Source: Chiloscyllium plagiosum (taxonomy: Eukaryota). From it: a DNA stretch of 64,000 nt. The stretch is from contig NC_057718.1 of assembly GCF_004010195.1 (NCBI RefSeq), forward strand, positions 73,989,775-74,053,774, in the 5' to 3' direction. Shown piece after piece: positions 39,588 through 53,255 of this stretch (position 1 is the stretch's first letter; every line of letters starts with the position of its first letter). The notes beneath the pieces were generated by a model that worked only from the letters and a program-made list of their open reading frames with translations, made no database searches and was not told the origin of the DNA. The translations under genes were made by a program, and so were the position numbers.

Positions 39588-39720
39588 GGGCTCCAATAAA
39601 CGTGGAGAATCTTTTGGAATAAGTCGAATAGGCAGCAAGCTCAAAGGAGTCTTTAAAAGCACAACAATGGAAGGAGCTATGTTGCCTAACTATGGATTGC
39701 CAGCAGCAGATGATGATCTT
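39588..39720 (+). CDS. SNX14: SNX14 coding exon, [44 protein letters not shown]
   Basis: ACTGAC branch site 39561, CAG 39585-39587, GTGAGT donor 39721; phase 2-0. Confidence 0.96.
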
Positions 39721-40004
39721 GTGAGTGAAATTGAGCTGTTATGTTAGTAACTGTGTTGGTTAAGCATGGTCTACATAGAAAGCTGGTAGCTTTTAAACTG
39801 TCAATCTATTCATTTGGATTAAGCATATGTTGGCATTGTTACAAATGCGACTTGATGTCATACAGGAATAGTATTGTTTTCATATCAGATTTTAGGTTAG
39901 AGGTGTAGTCCAGGACAAATATGTAGTCATACTTTAAGGTCTTATATTCTTGGCTGACAGTTAGAGTTAGGTGGTAACCTGGAATGGATATCCAGGATAT
40001 TATC

Positions 40005-40280
40005 TTAGGATCCATACTGTGTAGACACAGTCCATTTGGTCCAACTAGTCCACACTGACCCTCCACAGAGTATCCCACCCAGACCCATTTTCTTACTCTA
40101 TTACTCTTCATTTCCTATGACTAATGCATCTAACCAACACATCCCTGAACACAGTCTGCAATTTAGCCTGGCCAATTCACCCAACCTGCACATCTTTGGA
40201 CTGTGGGAGGAAACCGGAGCACCCGGAGGAAACCTATGTAGGCATGGGAAGAATGTGCAAACTCCACACAGACAGACAGT
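40005..40280 (-). mobile_element. HE1-type V-SINE (5'-truncated)
   Basis: Family match. Confidence 0.8.
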
Positions 40281-42523
40281 TAAATGACAAAATCCATCTC
40301 AAAGTTGCTGTTATGTTCTTAATTATCTCACCTCATTCTTCTATCTTTTTGCACATTTTTTAATGCACTTGATCATATCCATCTCATTTGTACCACATCT
40401 GCGTTTCCCAGCGATGTGGGCCCTTCCTTGCCTAGTCCCATTCTTGTGTCAGAATCACCAGCACGTTGGGTGACCATTCAACATATCTAGCCCATGTAAG
40501 TTTTCTAGAACAATTCAGTCAACCCCAATCCCTTCCCTTCATTATACTTTGTTTTAAAACAATCTTTGACCTTGCTACCTATTCCCTTCCCTTATTCCAG
40601 TAGCACTGCAAGCTCAGGTGCCTTACACTAACTAAATATTCGGAAAATCAAAGTCATTGTTGTATGCCTCCATCAGAAGCCACTGAGTCCATCCCACTCC
40701 CTGACAATGGTTGAACTGAATTACTTGCAGCCTTGAAGTCCTGTTTAACCCTGAGCTGTTGCCAAACCAGTGTGCTTGCCATCACCAAAACTCTACTTCA
40801 ACTTCTGTAACATGGGCTGTTAGCTGGTCCTGTCTCAGATCCCATGTTGTTGCAACCCTCATCTGATCTCAACACTACCTTAAATTTTGCCCTCATCTCA
40901 CCTGGCTCTGTTTGACACCCTCCACCCCTTCTGTCAGATGTGACTCAGTATCAACTGTGTTTGAGTCCAAGGACTGATGTCCCACTCCAGCACTGGGACA
41001 CAAATTAAGTTAGATACTCCAGTGAGTACTGAGGGATGCTGTATTATTGCCTGAGACTTTTAATCAAAGACCAATAAGCTACTGGGTGAATGTGAAAAAT
41101 TCCTTTCATCTTTTTAATTATTATTTTTCTCTACATCAACATCTCATAAAACATTTACCTGATTGTTTTTATATTGCTGAATGTAAGAGTTAGTTGAGTA
41201 CACATTGGCTGCTATATTTCATACCATGTCAAGTTTCTTCTGTGAATTTGCTTCCACCCCACCTTGAAAGATTATATTTCAATTCATAACTCCCTGTTAA
41301 ATTTCAAATATGTGGTGTATGTCTATTTGACTAGTTTTTGCATATTGTCCAAAAGTCTGAACTGAGAAAGGTCATCAAATTGAGAAGTTATAATTTTCTT
41401 CTCAGATGTTGCCCATCTGTTGAGTGTTTCTAGTAGTTTCTGGTTTTATTTCAAGTTTCCCGCATCAGTATTTTTCTTTCATCCTCCTGAAAACTTATTA
41501 TTCTCCACTTCTCTAAGTTTCATCACCTGCAAACAAATCCATGTCCTCAATACATATTAAGGAGCGAGGTTATCCACCCCTGATGACCACGTTTTTGTAC
41601 TGTCTATAGCCTGAAAAACATTAAGTTTTCTGACTTCTGGCCAATTTTGTTTGTGCTCCCACTTTCCCTTTGAGCAGATGGCACTTTATATTTGCTAATA
41701 GGTTTATTATGTGGCACTTATAAATGCCTCTTGAAAGTCAAGGTACACAACATCAAAGATAATCTCAGCAATCCATCCTTCTTAATCAGAGATATGTTTG
41801 TCATCCCCAAATCTATGTTGATTTTCTTTTCCCTATTGTTTAAAGTAGATTAATTGCACCATTTTCATGGTTAGTATTGTACCCCGGTTTACCATGGAAT
41901 TTTGAAATTGTAACAGCATTCTTTAGTAAACAGCATTTTCTAAATGCCAATTAATTCTGTTTTTAAAGGTCCTCAACATGAGGCATACTGGCCTGCAATT
42001 ATTGGGATTATGTTCTTTTTTTGAACAGAATGTTCCTTCCAATGCTTTAGCAATGCCCCCATATTTAAGGAAGATTGGAAGATATTAGCCAAAGCCTCTC
42101 CAATTTTCACCTATGCATCCCTCACCAACTTTTAGATGTATTGATTCTGCACTGTGACTTCTACCTTAAGTACTGCAGGACCTTTTTATTTGTATTGATC
42201 CTATGGAGCATTGCCACTTGCAATTTCTACTTTGGCAGTATCTTCCTCAGTGAGCTTTGCAAAATATTTATCCAGCATCACAGCCTTCAATAGAGAATTT
42301 TCTTGATATGTTTAGTCACATGAAGACTCCTGCAGACATCATCCTTGAATTGGGAAACAACGCAGATGGAGATTTGTTTACTAAAGACCTTTAGGTTCCC
42401 TATTAAATTAGCTGCTGTTTTGCCTAGTCAAATGTTTGATCCTGAAACATCTGAGTCTTCAAGATTATTCTGTGGTTCAGGGAGTGATAACTTTTTCTGT
42501 TCGGGTTGATCTAGGGTTGTTAA

Positions 42524-42850
42524 GGGTGGCACGGTGGCTCAGCAGTTAGCACTGCTGCCTCACAGCGCCAGGGACCCGGGTTCGATTCCCACCTTGGGCG
42601 ACTGTGTGGAGTTTGCACATTTTCCCAGTGTCTGCGTGGGTTTCCTCCAGGTGCTCCAGTTTCCTCCCACGATCCAGAGATGTGCAGGTTAGGTGACTTG
42701 GCCATGCTAAATTGCCCATAGTGTTAGGTGCATTAGTCAGGGGTAAATATAAGATAGGGGAATGGGTCTGAATGGGTTATTCTTCAGAGGGTTGGTGTGG
42801 ACTTGTTGATCTGAAGGGTCTGTTTCCATACTGTAGGGAATCTAATCTAT
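42524..42850 (+). mobile_element. HE1-type V-SINE, full length
   Basis: A box TGGCTCAGCAG 42535-45, B box GGTTCGATTCC 42579-89, V-domain, TCTAA tail. Confidence 0.92.
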
Positions 42851-43269
42851 TCTCTAATTTTTCCTAACTAATTTGTCCACCATCCTTGGTAGATGTCAAG
42901 ATTGCAGCCTTTGTGACAATGTAGAAGAGATGCTCAAGATGATTTGGGGTTGTTCTTGTTGAATCAAAGAATGCAAAGAGGAAATTTGGAGGTGTTTGCA
43001 GTTATGAATGATGTATATACAGTTAAAATAAATTCCAATTTTCAGTGGCAGCAGAGCCAATGACCAGAGCGGACACATTCAGTGATAAAGGGAAAAGAAC
43101 AAGAGGAGACATGAAATGCTTTTTTTGTGCATCAGGTTGTAGTCTTGAATGCAGTACTTGAAATGGAGTTAGCAATAGATTAACTAACTTTCAAAAATAA
43201 ATAGCTTCAATATTGGAAGGAAAGACATGAAGACTTGGGGAAGTGAGTGGTCATATCTTGGGGACAGTT

Positions 43270-44828
43270 CATATCACAGTGAAGGAAGTGTAGGATGTAT
43301 TAGAATGTATAAAGGTGGATAAATCTCTTGGTCCTGACCAGATATATCCAAGAACACCGCAAGAGGCTAGAGAAGAAATTGCAGGGGCCCGGGCTGATAA
43401 ATTTGCATCGTTTGCCATGCATGAGGTTCTGGAAGACTGAAGGGTAGTGAATGTTGTGTCCTTGTTCAAGAAGGGCTCAAAAAAAACCTGAGAACAATAG
43501 ACCAGTAAGCCTACAGTTGTGGTAGGTAGGTTACTTGAGAAGATTCTGAGAGATAAGATATATGTGCATTTGGAAAGACAGGGTTTGATTAGATGTAGTC
43601 AGCATGGCTTTGTGCATGAGAGACCATGCCTGTCAAATTTGTTTATGTTCTTTGATGAAGTGATTAAGAAGGTTGCCTGAGTGCAGGGCAGTAGATGTAA
43701 TTGATATGGATTTCAGTAAGGCCTTTGATAAAGTTCAACATGCTAGACTACTCTTGAAGGTTAGATTGCATAAAATCCAGGGGTAGCTAGCAAATTGGAT
43801 ACACAATTAACTTGATGGTAGGAAGCAGAGGGTAATAGTGCATGAATGCTTGTCGGACTGGAGGCCTATGAGTAGTGGACTGCCTCGGGTCAGTGCTGGG
43901 CCCATTACTGTTTGTTATCTATATCAATGATTTGGATAAAAATGTACAAGATATGATTAGTAAGTTTGTAGATGATACTAAAATAGGCGGTATTATGGAC
44001 AGTGAGGAAGGTTATCAGAAATTGCAGCAGGACCTTGATCAGCTGGGGAACTGGGCCAAGAAATGGCAAATGGAGTTTAATACAGATAAGTGTGAGGTCT
44101 TGCATTTTGGAAAGTCAAGTCAAGGAAGGAGTTTCATGGTGAAGGAGTGTAGAGGATCAGAGGGACTTGAGTTCAGGTGCACAGTTCTCTGAAAGTGGAG
44201 TCACAGGTGGACAGGGCAGTGAAGAAGGCTTTTGGCACACTGTCCCTCATCAGTCAGGGCATTGAGCATAGAAGTTTGGAAGTTATGTTGCTGTTTTGTG
44301 AGACGTTGGTGAGGCTGCACTTGGTGAATTGTGTTCAGTTTTGGTCACCTTGCTATTAAACTCTTTTATAAAAAAAAATGCAGAAGAAATTTACAAGGAT
44401 GTTGCCCAGGACTCAAGGGTCTGAGTTATAGGGAGAGGTTGGACAATCTAGGACTTATTTCTTTAGACCATAGGAGCCTGAGGGGGATCTTATAGAAGTG
44501 CATAAGATCATGAAAGGTATGGATAGGGTGAATGCACTCAGTCTTTTTCCCAGAATAGTTTAAGGTTAGGAAGGAAAGAATAAAAGGGAACTTGAGGGGC
44601 AACTTTTTTTGATTTGGAATGCATTTGGAATGAGCTGCCAACGGAAGTGTTTGAGGTGGGTACATCAATAGCATTTAAGAGGAATTTGGACAAAGGCATG
44701 GGTAGGAAAGGATTAGAAGGATGTGGGCCAAGTGCAAGGAAATGGGGTTAGCATTGATGGTCATTTTGATCGGCATGTGCCAGTTTGGGCCAAAGTGCCT
44801 GTCTCTATGCTGTAGGACTGTATGACTA
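43270..44828 (+). mobile_element. CR1 LINE RT and 3' end
   Basis: GSVLGPLLFVIYINDLD..FVDDTKIGG..KCEVLHFG. Confidence 0.92.
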
Positions 44829-45736
44829 AATGTGGGCACTGGGGAAAGATAAGGAGGATGAATTAATTATATAGTTCCATCAAACAACAGGCATGTGCAT
44901 AATCGCCCAAATAACATTGTGCTGCATCATTCCATGATTTTGACACAAGTTAAATGCTTTCCATTCATTCTTAATTTTTTAGTATTTTCAAATGGTATAA
45001 AGCTGCTAAGTTTGGTGATCCCTCTATATTTCAGCAAATCATCAACAGTCAACTTTGGCAGACTCCGTAATGCTCATTCCAGTTTGGTATTGTTTGCGTA
45101 GAATTCTGTACAGTTTAGCTTGTGATAGTTACAACTTTGTCAAAACTTGCTGTTTATGGTTAAGCAAGTAATCTAATTGTGCCATTGGGATCTGTAATCA
45201 GTTCATGTCTTTGTACTTTATTTTCTTTTGCAATTTTTGTTTCCTAAAGATGTTGACCCTGTAAGAGTATGATTCCAAGAGCACCACCATTTGCCTCATT
45301 TGCCACTTTGCTTTGATGCACCCATGCAAATGTATTTGACTTGAAATTCAGCATTGGAAGGCTTCACACTTAGAACGTGACCATTATGTTATTGAACACT
45401 TCCAGCAAAAGTATCTAACGTAGCAATGGATATAACTGTTTCCTCTTTCCTCTCCCAGCTTTCAGTCTAGGATATAGGTCACTTCTTGTCTAGAAAATAC
45501 AATTAGACAACATGCAGTCTTTAGCTATTTGATTGGTGGGGCAGCACTTATATGTTCCAAAAGAGAATCTTATTTGCCTATCTATCTATTTTCCTTTCTT
45601 TCCTGTACTTTGCATTTTAGTTTTCCAAAATGTTGCGCACACAAGATGGAACCTGCTGTTCAGTAATGGCTGGTCATCCTAGCGTCTAACTCGCATTTTT
45701 GTGAAAAATGGCATTTTATGTTAACACTTATTACAG

Positions 45737-45920
45737 GTTGAAGAAGCAACAGTTGTGTCTGAGGATGATTTAATTGAAGAATTAGCAATCACTCCCAATG
45801 CTCATCGTAACCTTTCTGCTTGGAAAATAAGCATTCCATATCTGGACTTCTACTTTGACAGTAAAAAGGAGAAAGTCCCAGTCTTCTGTATTGAAGTAAT
45901 TCGAAATGAAGATGGGTCAG
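45737..45920 (+). CDS. SNX14: SNX14 coding exon (PX domain start), [61 protein letters not shown]
   Basis: CAG 45734-45736, GTAAGC donor 45921; phase 0-1. Confidence 0.95.
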
Positions 45921-48039
45921 GTAAGCTTTGTGTATTTAATTTTCTCATCCTTGCCCCATCCCCTTTCTAAGTATTTCTGTGATGTAATTGTATTGGTTCC
46001 AGAGCCCATGTATACCCCACCTATTCTTTCTGATCACCCACATACTGAATTTTATACTCGATGTAAAATCAGTACATTTGATCCAAACGTTTTGTTACAT
46101 TCTTATTAACAAGGTGCATGAAGTTTGGATCATTTCTCTCTTGCTGTCCTGCCACATCTCTCATTTGATTCCCAATCTGCACTGCTGACCTCTGCTGAGA
46201 TGGTGGGAAGGAGCTGCAGTGAGTTAGGGAAGTAAAGACTGCCATGTTTCTACTTTGGTAATGAGAGGTGAAAACTGTTCAATATGCAGGAGGTGCAACA
46301 AATTTGATGAATAGGGAAAGTGTGCACTTTCTTCATTTAATCAAAGGCAGCTTTGATATGCCTAGGAATTTGTATGCATTGTTCATGCTGCTGATGTCAT
46401 TGAAAGCAACACATGGCTTTCCACAGAATGAAAAGGCCCAATATATCTTCAGCAAACTGGAGTTCTGGGGATTTCAGTACAACTAAGTATGTCATTCCTT
46501 AGCAGATGTGAGGCAACATGATGGAAATCAAATCCTGGCTTAGTTAAAGATCCAACCATGCATGATTAACCAATGTCTGTGATCTATATGGACAAATTGA
46601 AACCTTGTTGCCACAAGTTAAGGTAACTCAATCCAAAAATGGAAGTTCTTGCCTTTTCTGGCTGTGGTTAATTAAATAAAATTTGTTATTAAATCTAAGA
46701 AAAAAGGGTGCATTACTTAACCCTAGTTGGATAAGAGATTAAATATAAATAGCTTTTAATGCTATGTGAATCTCCATATTGAGATAGGGAGATTGGCATG
46801 CATACATATTTAGGGTAGCACGGGGAAAGTTAGACCAGGAGGTAAATTACGAAAATATTTGGAGAATGAATTCTGTAGACTAGATGCATAGCAATGGGAG
46901 AAAGAAGTGAACCATTGTTTGACAAATAGAGTTGATGGATCTTGGTTTCATGTCCTGTTGAAATGTTTTGAAATTGTGTTCTTAAGCCGTTGTTGGCTCA
47001 GTGCTATTGAATCGCTGTATTGGAATGATGGCTGTTACTTCTGATGGGATTTTATTTGTTCTTGGCATGTGAGAGAATCTCAAAGCTTGGATAGAGGGTA
47101 CGCATGAGATATGAATGCTGCTACCACTGTAGGTGCATTGGGACAGACCATTTCAGTGTGCTTTACTGAGGTTTAAGTTGGTAACCCATCAAATAGCTTT
47201 CCATTTCTCACCTATCTGGTTCATATTGATTGCTGAGTTATTGGGGAAACCTGCATTTCATGTTTTGAGTTGCACACAGATCTTGTGAAGAATGAGGCAG
47301 ATCATATTCTGCTCTTAATTTCAAGGAGATCACTATATTTCTTAAAGAATGTTATTCTATGTAGAATAACCCATATGTGATGTAAATTGCAAAACCATTT
47401 TTATTTATGAAGTTCCATTTCTTTTCAAATGGCTTGCATCAAAATTGAATATTAGTCAAGTCCTTATGAGTGGAACTTGGCAGATCTTGTTCTCATGAGT
47501 AGGTGAGGGTTCTTAATTGCACCATTAGTCTGCAAACAAAGCTATTCATTGTGCAGGAAGCTGAACTAATCCAAGCCTAATAGATTGTTTTGTTTAGCAT
47601 GTTTCAGAAACTAAGTTTATAAGGTTTTGTACTTAAGTAAAATGGAAAAACGCATGGAGTCAGGTGACCTGCTCTGAATTTTGCCTGATGACAAAGTTGA
47701 TAAGCTTCATTGCTATGGTGACAAAGAAAGCCAAGCCAAGAGACTTGCTAAGAAGGTTCAAGCTATTCACTTTCACCAACAATGGCAACAGTATTGATAC
47801 TGACTCTGAATTGACTCAGTTACCAAGTCTCTCATGGAGGTGTTATAAATTCAGGTTTTACAAATAAACAGTTTAATGTATAACTATTTAATTCCAAGGT
47901 AGAATGGAGTTGGAGGTTGAAAGGGTAGCTAAGTGGCATTTCTACGTGGATGCAAGGTCCATGTGATTTAGATTCAAAGTTATTTGTACCAAAATATATC
48001 ATCATGACAGAGATAATAAAAGGTACTATTCTAACCAGT

Positions 48040-48740
48040 GTGCAGGACCAGAGCAGCTTGTGTGTGTATGTACATGGTATTAAAGGTGGCAGGATAGGTA
48101 GCAAGAGGTGCTAATAAAGCATACAATATTCTAGGCTTCATTGGCTGGGGCGTAGAATCCAAGAGCAGGGAAGCTCATGCTGAGCTTGTGTAGAACACTG
48201 GTTATACTGTATCTGGCATATTGTGTACAGATCTAGGTCTCTTACTTTAGGAAAGAGGCAAATGCATTGGAGAGAATTCAGTAAAGGTTTATAAGAATGA
48301 TTCCAAGAATGAGAAACTTTAGTTGAGGATAGATAGGAGAAGTTAGGACTATTTTCCTTTAAGGGGAGGAGGTCATGACAAGATCTGACTGAAGTTTTCA
48401 AAATCATGAGAGGTCTGGATAGAGAAATAGGTGGACAGAAGCTGTTCCTGCTCCTAAAAGGTTAGAGAACTGGAGGGCAAAGATATCGTGTTTAGCCAAC
48501 AAAGCAAATGTGAGGTGAGAAAACTCTTTTTATGCAGCGAATTGTCCAGAATGCATTTCTTGGAAGTGTGGTGGAGGCAGGTTCAATTAGACATTCAGGA
48601 AGGTTTTAGACTTTTAAATAGAAATGATCATGTTGTACAAGGTTAGGGGAAAAAGCAGGAGACTGCCATCAAGTCACAGTGCTTAGAGCTGGTGCAGACA
48701 TATGCACCAAATGGTCATCTCTTGCATAGTAACAATTCTC
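48040..48740 (+). mobile_element. Old CR1 3' fragment
   Basis: Decayed AYNILGFI, LERIQ, RGR..DLTEVFKIMRG motifs. Confidence 0.7.
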
Positions 48741-49569
48741 TGAAGCCAGCCTGTATGGATGTGAGAGAGAGCAGAGAAGCAGAAAAAATGCTGACTGTAT
48801 TGTTCATGCAGAATGTGGGTGGAAGTTCATGCTCAGATTGGAGATCCTAAAATTAAGGAGAATCTGAACAAAGCTGTAAGCCTTGCTAGACTTTATCCTG
48901 AGGGAAGAATGTACAGGGTAGTCTTCACAATAAAAATTGCTCCTGGATTAGAAACTACCCAGACTGGGAAAGGAAACAGGCTATTGGCAGCAAAGAATAT
49001 TTTTGGACTAGGTCTGGGAGAATAAAATGGTCACAAGAGACAAAGTAGACATTAAAGTATCAGAAGTATCAGAAAATGTGGACTTGAAGCTACTGCCATT
49101 TACAAATTTGTTCATGTTTTGTATGTTTTCTGACTCAAAACATGGGAATGCTGCCAAGATTCTGGTCACTTGTCTTACTGAAGAGGCTATGATTACCTGG
49201 GATAATTCTCTAATCTGACCTCTGTGTCAAATTCAACAGTGAAATACTTGAAATATAATATGTTAAAACTAATTTTAAATTATACATTCCTAATTCTAAG
49301 CAATTAAGATACACTTCCCTGTTGTGTATTATTTTAAGATGGTTTGTCTTAATACAGTTTAATCTTTTGTTAGTTGGACCTCCATCCAATTAAAGTAATT
49401 GTTCCATATTATTATTCACTATGAGGTGTAATCTCAAATTGAGAACATTTGAAACCAGCATAAATATTGTGTTTATGGTGAGGAGAAAAATAGCATTTAA
49501 TAATGACACCTTTCAAATAATAGTACAGAAACAGGATTAAAACAGAGTTGCGACAGAGTTCCAACTTGT

Positions 49570-51430
49570 AGAACACAGAACATTACAGCGCAGTACGGAT
49601 CCTTCATTCCTCAATGTTGTGCCAACCTGTGGAACCAGTCTCAAGCCCATCTAACTTAGACTATTCCATTTTCGTCCACATATTTATCCAATGACCATTT
49701 AAATGCCTTTGAAGTTGGCAAGTCTACTACTATTGCAGGCAGTTCCATGCCCCTACTACTCTGAGTAAAGAGACTACCTCTGATATCTGTCCTATATCTA
49801 TCACTCCTCCGTTTAAAGCAATGTCCCCTCGTGCTAGCCACCACCATCTGAGGAAAAAGGCTCTCACTATCCACCCTATCTAATCCTCTGATCATCTTAC
49901 ACGTCTCAATAAAGTCACCTCTTAAACATCCCTCTAACAAAAACAGCCTCAAGAACCTCAGCCTTTCCTCATAAGACCTTCCCTCCACACCAGGCAACTT
50001 TTTAAAATTAGATTACAGTGTGGAAACAGGCCCTTCGGCCCAACAAGTCCACACCGACCCGCCGAAGCGAAACCCACCATGGCCAATTCACCTGTACATC
50101 TATGGGAGGAAACCGGAGCACCCGGAGGAGAACGTGCAAACTCCACACAGTCAGTCACCTGAGGCGGGAATTGAACCTGGGCCTCTGGCGCTGTGAGGCA
50201 GCAGTGCTAATCACTGTGCCACCGTGCCGTCCGATTCTTAGTAAATCTCCTCTGCACCTTTTCCAAAGCTTCCACATTCTTCCTATAATGCGGTGACCAG
50301 GACTACACAATACTCTAAGTGTGGCTGCACCAGAGTTTTGTACAGCTGCAACATGGCCTCATAGCTCGGAAACTCAATCCCTTTACCAATAAAAGCTAAC
50401 ACACTGTGCGCCTTCTTAACAACCCTATCAACTTGGGTGGCAACTTTCAGAGATCTATGAACACTCAGCTCATCTATAGTACCAAGAATCTTACCATTAG
50501 CCAAGTAAATTGTATTCCTCTTACTCCTCCTAAAGCAAATCACCTCACGCTTTTCCACATTAAACTCCACTTGCCACCTCTCAGCCCAGCTCTGCAGCTT
50601 ATCTATGTCCCTCTGTAATCTGCAACATTCCTTTGGCACTATCCACAACTCCACCGACCTGGCTGTCATCTGAAAATTTACCAACTCTACCTTCTATGCT
50701 CTCATCCAGGTCATTTATAAAAATGACAAACAGCCGTGGCCCCAAAACAGATCCTTGCGGTACATCACTAGCAACTGAATTCCAGAATGAACATTTCCCA
50801 ACAACCATCACCCTCTGTTGTCTTACAGCTAGCCAATTTCTGATCCAAACTGCAAAATCACCCTCCATCCCATGCCTCAGTATTTTCTGCAATAGCCTAC
50901 CTTGGGAAACCTTGTCAACGCCTTACTGAAATCCATGTACACCACATCAACTGCATTACCCTCATCCAGCTGTTGGTCAACTCAATAAGGTTTGTAAGGC
51001 ACAATCTACCCTTTACAAAACTGTATCAATCCCAAATCAAATTCTTCCTTTCTAGATGATTATAAATCGTATCTCTTTTATCCCTTTCCAACACTTTACA
51101 ACCAAACTAAGGCTCACTGGTCTATAATTACCAGGGTTGTCTTCACTCTCCTTGAACAAGGGGACAACTTTTGCTATCCTCCAGTCTTCTGGCACTATTT
51201 ATGTAGACAATGACGACATAAAGATCAAAGTCAAAGGCTCTGCAATCTCCTCTAGCTTCCCAGAGAATCCAAGGATAAATTCCATTTGATCCAGGGAACC
51301 TATCTATTTTCACACTTCTCAGAATTGCTAACACCTCCCTGTGAACCTCAATCCCCTCTAGTCCAATAGCTTGTCTCTTTGTATTCTCCTCTATAGCATT
51401 GTATTTTTCCAGTGTGAATACTGGCGAAAG
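49570..51430 (-). mobile_element. CR1/HER1 LINE (subfamily of 3528-6025 and 31905-34515) with an HE1 SINE nested at ~50008-50230
   Basis: PQGSVLGPRLFVIFINDLD, LYKTLVQPHLEYC motifs; SINE interrupts CAGGCAAC..TAGTAAAT. Confidence 0.92.
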
Positions 51431-52231
51431 ATATTGTCGAAAGTTACTTTGTTTAGGGTTCTATTGCTGGTGCAACCACCTTTTGCAATACTATACACAA
51501 CCATAAAATATAAGTGCGAGAAATATCAATACAGTTTTTATAATCTTTGATCACCTGTTTTTTTCCTGGTGGTGATGATGCATACCGACCCTCCTTCACC
51601 TAGTACTGATAATTGATTCCCACTGCTGGGAAAGTCAGAACAAGGGAGTATAATCTTAAAATTGTCTCCTCTGTTTCCTTCTCCCTCCCCTTCCCCATCC
51701 CGACATTGCTACCAAATTCATTAGTTCAGTTAACCTTGGACTGAAATGTTAACTTTTTCTTTTTTGCTCCCATTATAAAAATTAATTTTTAGTAACAAAA
51801 TCCAAATTTTAACAAACATGTTTAGTCACTGTCAAAGCATAATGTAACTGATGTACTACTTTGAAAAAGTATGGGATGCTGACATCTGAGCTTTCATTTT
51901 TGCTATCATGTCTTCAACATTTCATTAAGCTGACATGATAGTTGCTAAAAACTGTAAATACCCTGCCATCTAGTTGAGTTGAATCTGTATTGCTGGACAG
52001 ACTTTCCTTTGTTTTCATCATTTAGTGAGCATCGTTTGTTACGTCATGAATACTTTTTGTACTGTCCTAATTTTTTCTTAGTCTTCAACATTTTAACAGT
52101 ACAACTGTAGCTATTCCTCATAGTGTGTTTAATCATAGCAACAATAATTATTTTAGTTATTACGTTACATGTAACTGATTTCCTTTAATGTTTCTACAGT
52201 CTTTTCCAATTGATTTTGCTCTGCTTTTCAG

Positions 52232-52315
52232 AAGGACGTGAAAATGAAAACTGCTTTGTTTACCGAAGATATTTTGAATTTTACGTCCTTGAATCGAAGC
52301 TTACCGAGTTTCATG
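52232..52315 (+). CDS. SNX14: SNX14 coding exon (PX, RRY motif), [29 protein letters not shown]
   Basis: Pyrimidine tract and CAG 52229-52231, GTAAAG donor 52316; phase 1-1. Confidence 0.95.
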
Positions 52316-52509
52316 GTAAAGTGGTGAACAAAATATACTATGTCCAGTGAATCAGTTTACGTCATGAATTTAAAACAAGAGTATTTACTTCTGAGTACAG
52401 GCCAATTTGTGACTGTGAAACTAGTTTCACGTTTACATCCATTTTTTGAGATGGTGAGATATGTATTTTGTTAAATGTATGCAGGATTCTCGTCTTGAAT
52501 TTACAGTCG

Positions 52510-53242
52510 AGTACTGCCACACAGTGTTTTAACTCTTACATCGAGCAAAGAAACTGCGAGTCGACTCTTAATAAGCAATCCTATTTATTTAACACAATTC
52601 ATGCTATAACCATAAAATACATAGAAACCAACAATTTACACTATAAATCTAATCAACTATCTTGTGCTTTAACGTAACTCTGGATGATCAGATACTACCA
52701 CACAGATTTTGGTCATGAACCACATAGTAGTGATTGTCTGGTTATCTTCTCCTGGTGTTTCTAGGGATGTCTTCTCTTCACAGTGGTTCGTCACGAGTTA
52801 CTGCTCCTGAGGATGTTGTCATGGCAATTTGTATATTTAGTAGTTGTTCCAGCCCTTTTGGGAGAGATTGGACCCAACCAGGCATTGACATGTCGATGAC
52901 AGGGTGGTCCTTGGACATCCATTCCTGGAGGTGTTAGGTGCACATAAGTCAGGTAGTCCTTTCCAAATAAGAGTGTGAGGCACCCCTGTGACTGGCAAAC
53001 AACTTGTTTCCAATTGTCCTGGGATGGCATTCAGGTTGATTCTATTTAATACAAATTTAAGTGCGTATTGTATTGTCTTGAGTTGCTGGTTAATTGCATA
53101 CTCTGTCAGTCTGTGAAGCTGCAATCTGTCTGGATTCTGCAGCATGTTTACAAGGTGACTGATTTGGTCTCCATTTCCCAGTGTGCCTCATTTATTGTCC
53201 ATTTTCATAAATCCATCATTTTGAGCGGCCCATCCAGCCACA
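52510..53242 (-). repeat. 3' LTR of provirus
   Basis: Starts TGTGGCTGGATGG on - strand right after the PPT; TATTAAATA ~53044-53052; AATAAA 52584-52589; colinear with 60818-61593; outer end uncertain by a few nt. Confidence 0.85.
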
Positions 53243-53255
53243 GTTCCTCTTCTTG
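53243..53255 (-). promoter_or_regulatory. Polypurine tract
   Basis: CAAGAAGAGGAAC immediately 5' of the 3' LTR TG. Confidence 0.7.

Noticed and set aside
42524..42600. tRNA gene
   Set aside because: A/B boxes belong to the tRNA-derived head of a multi-copy HE1 SINE; no full cloverleaf
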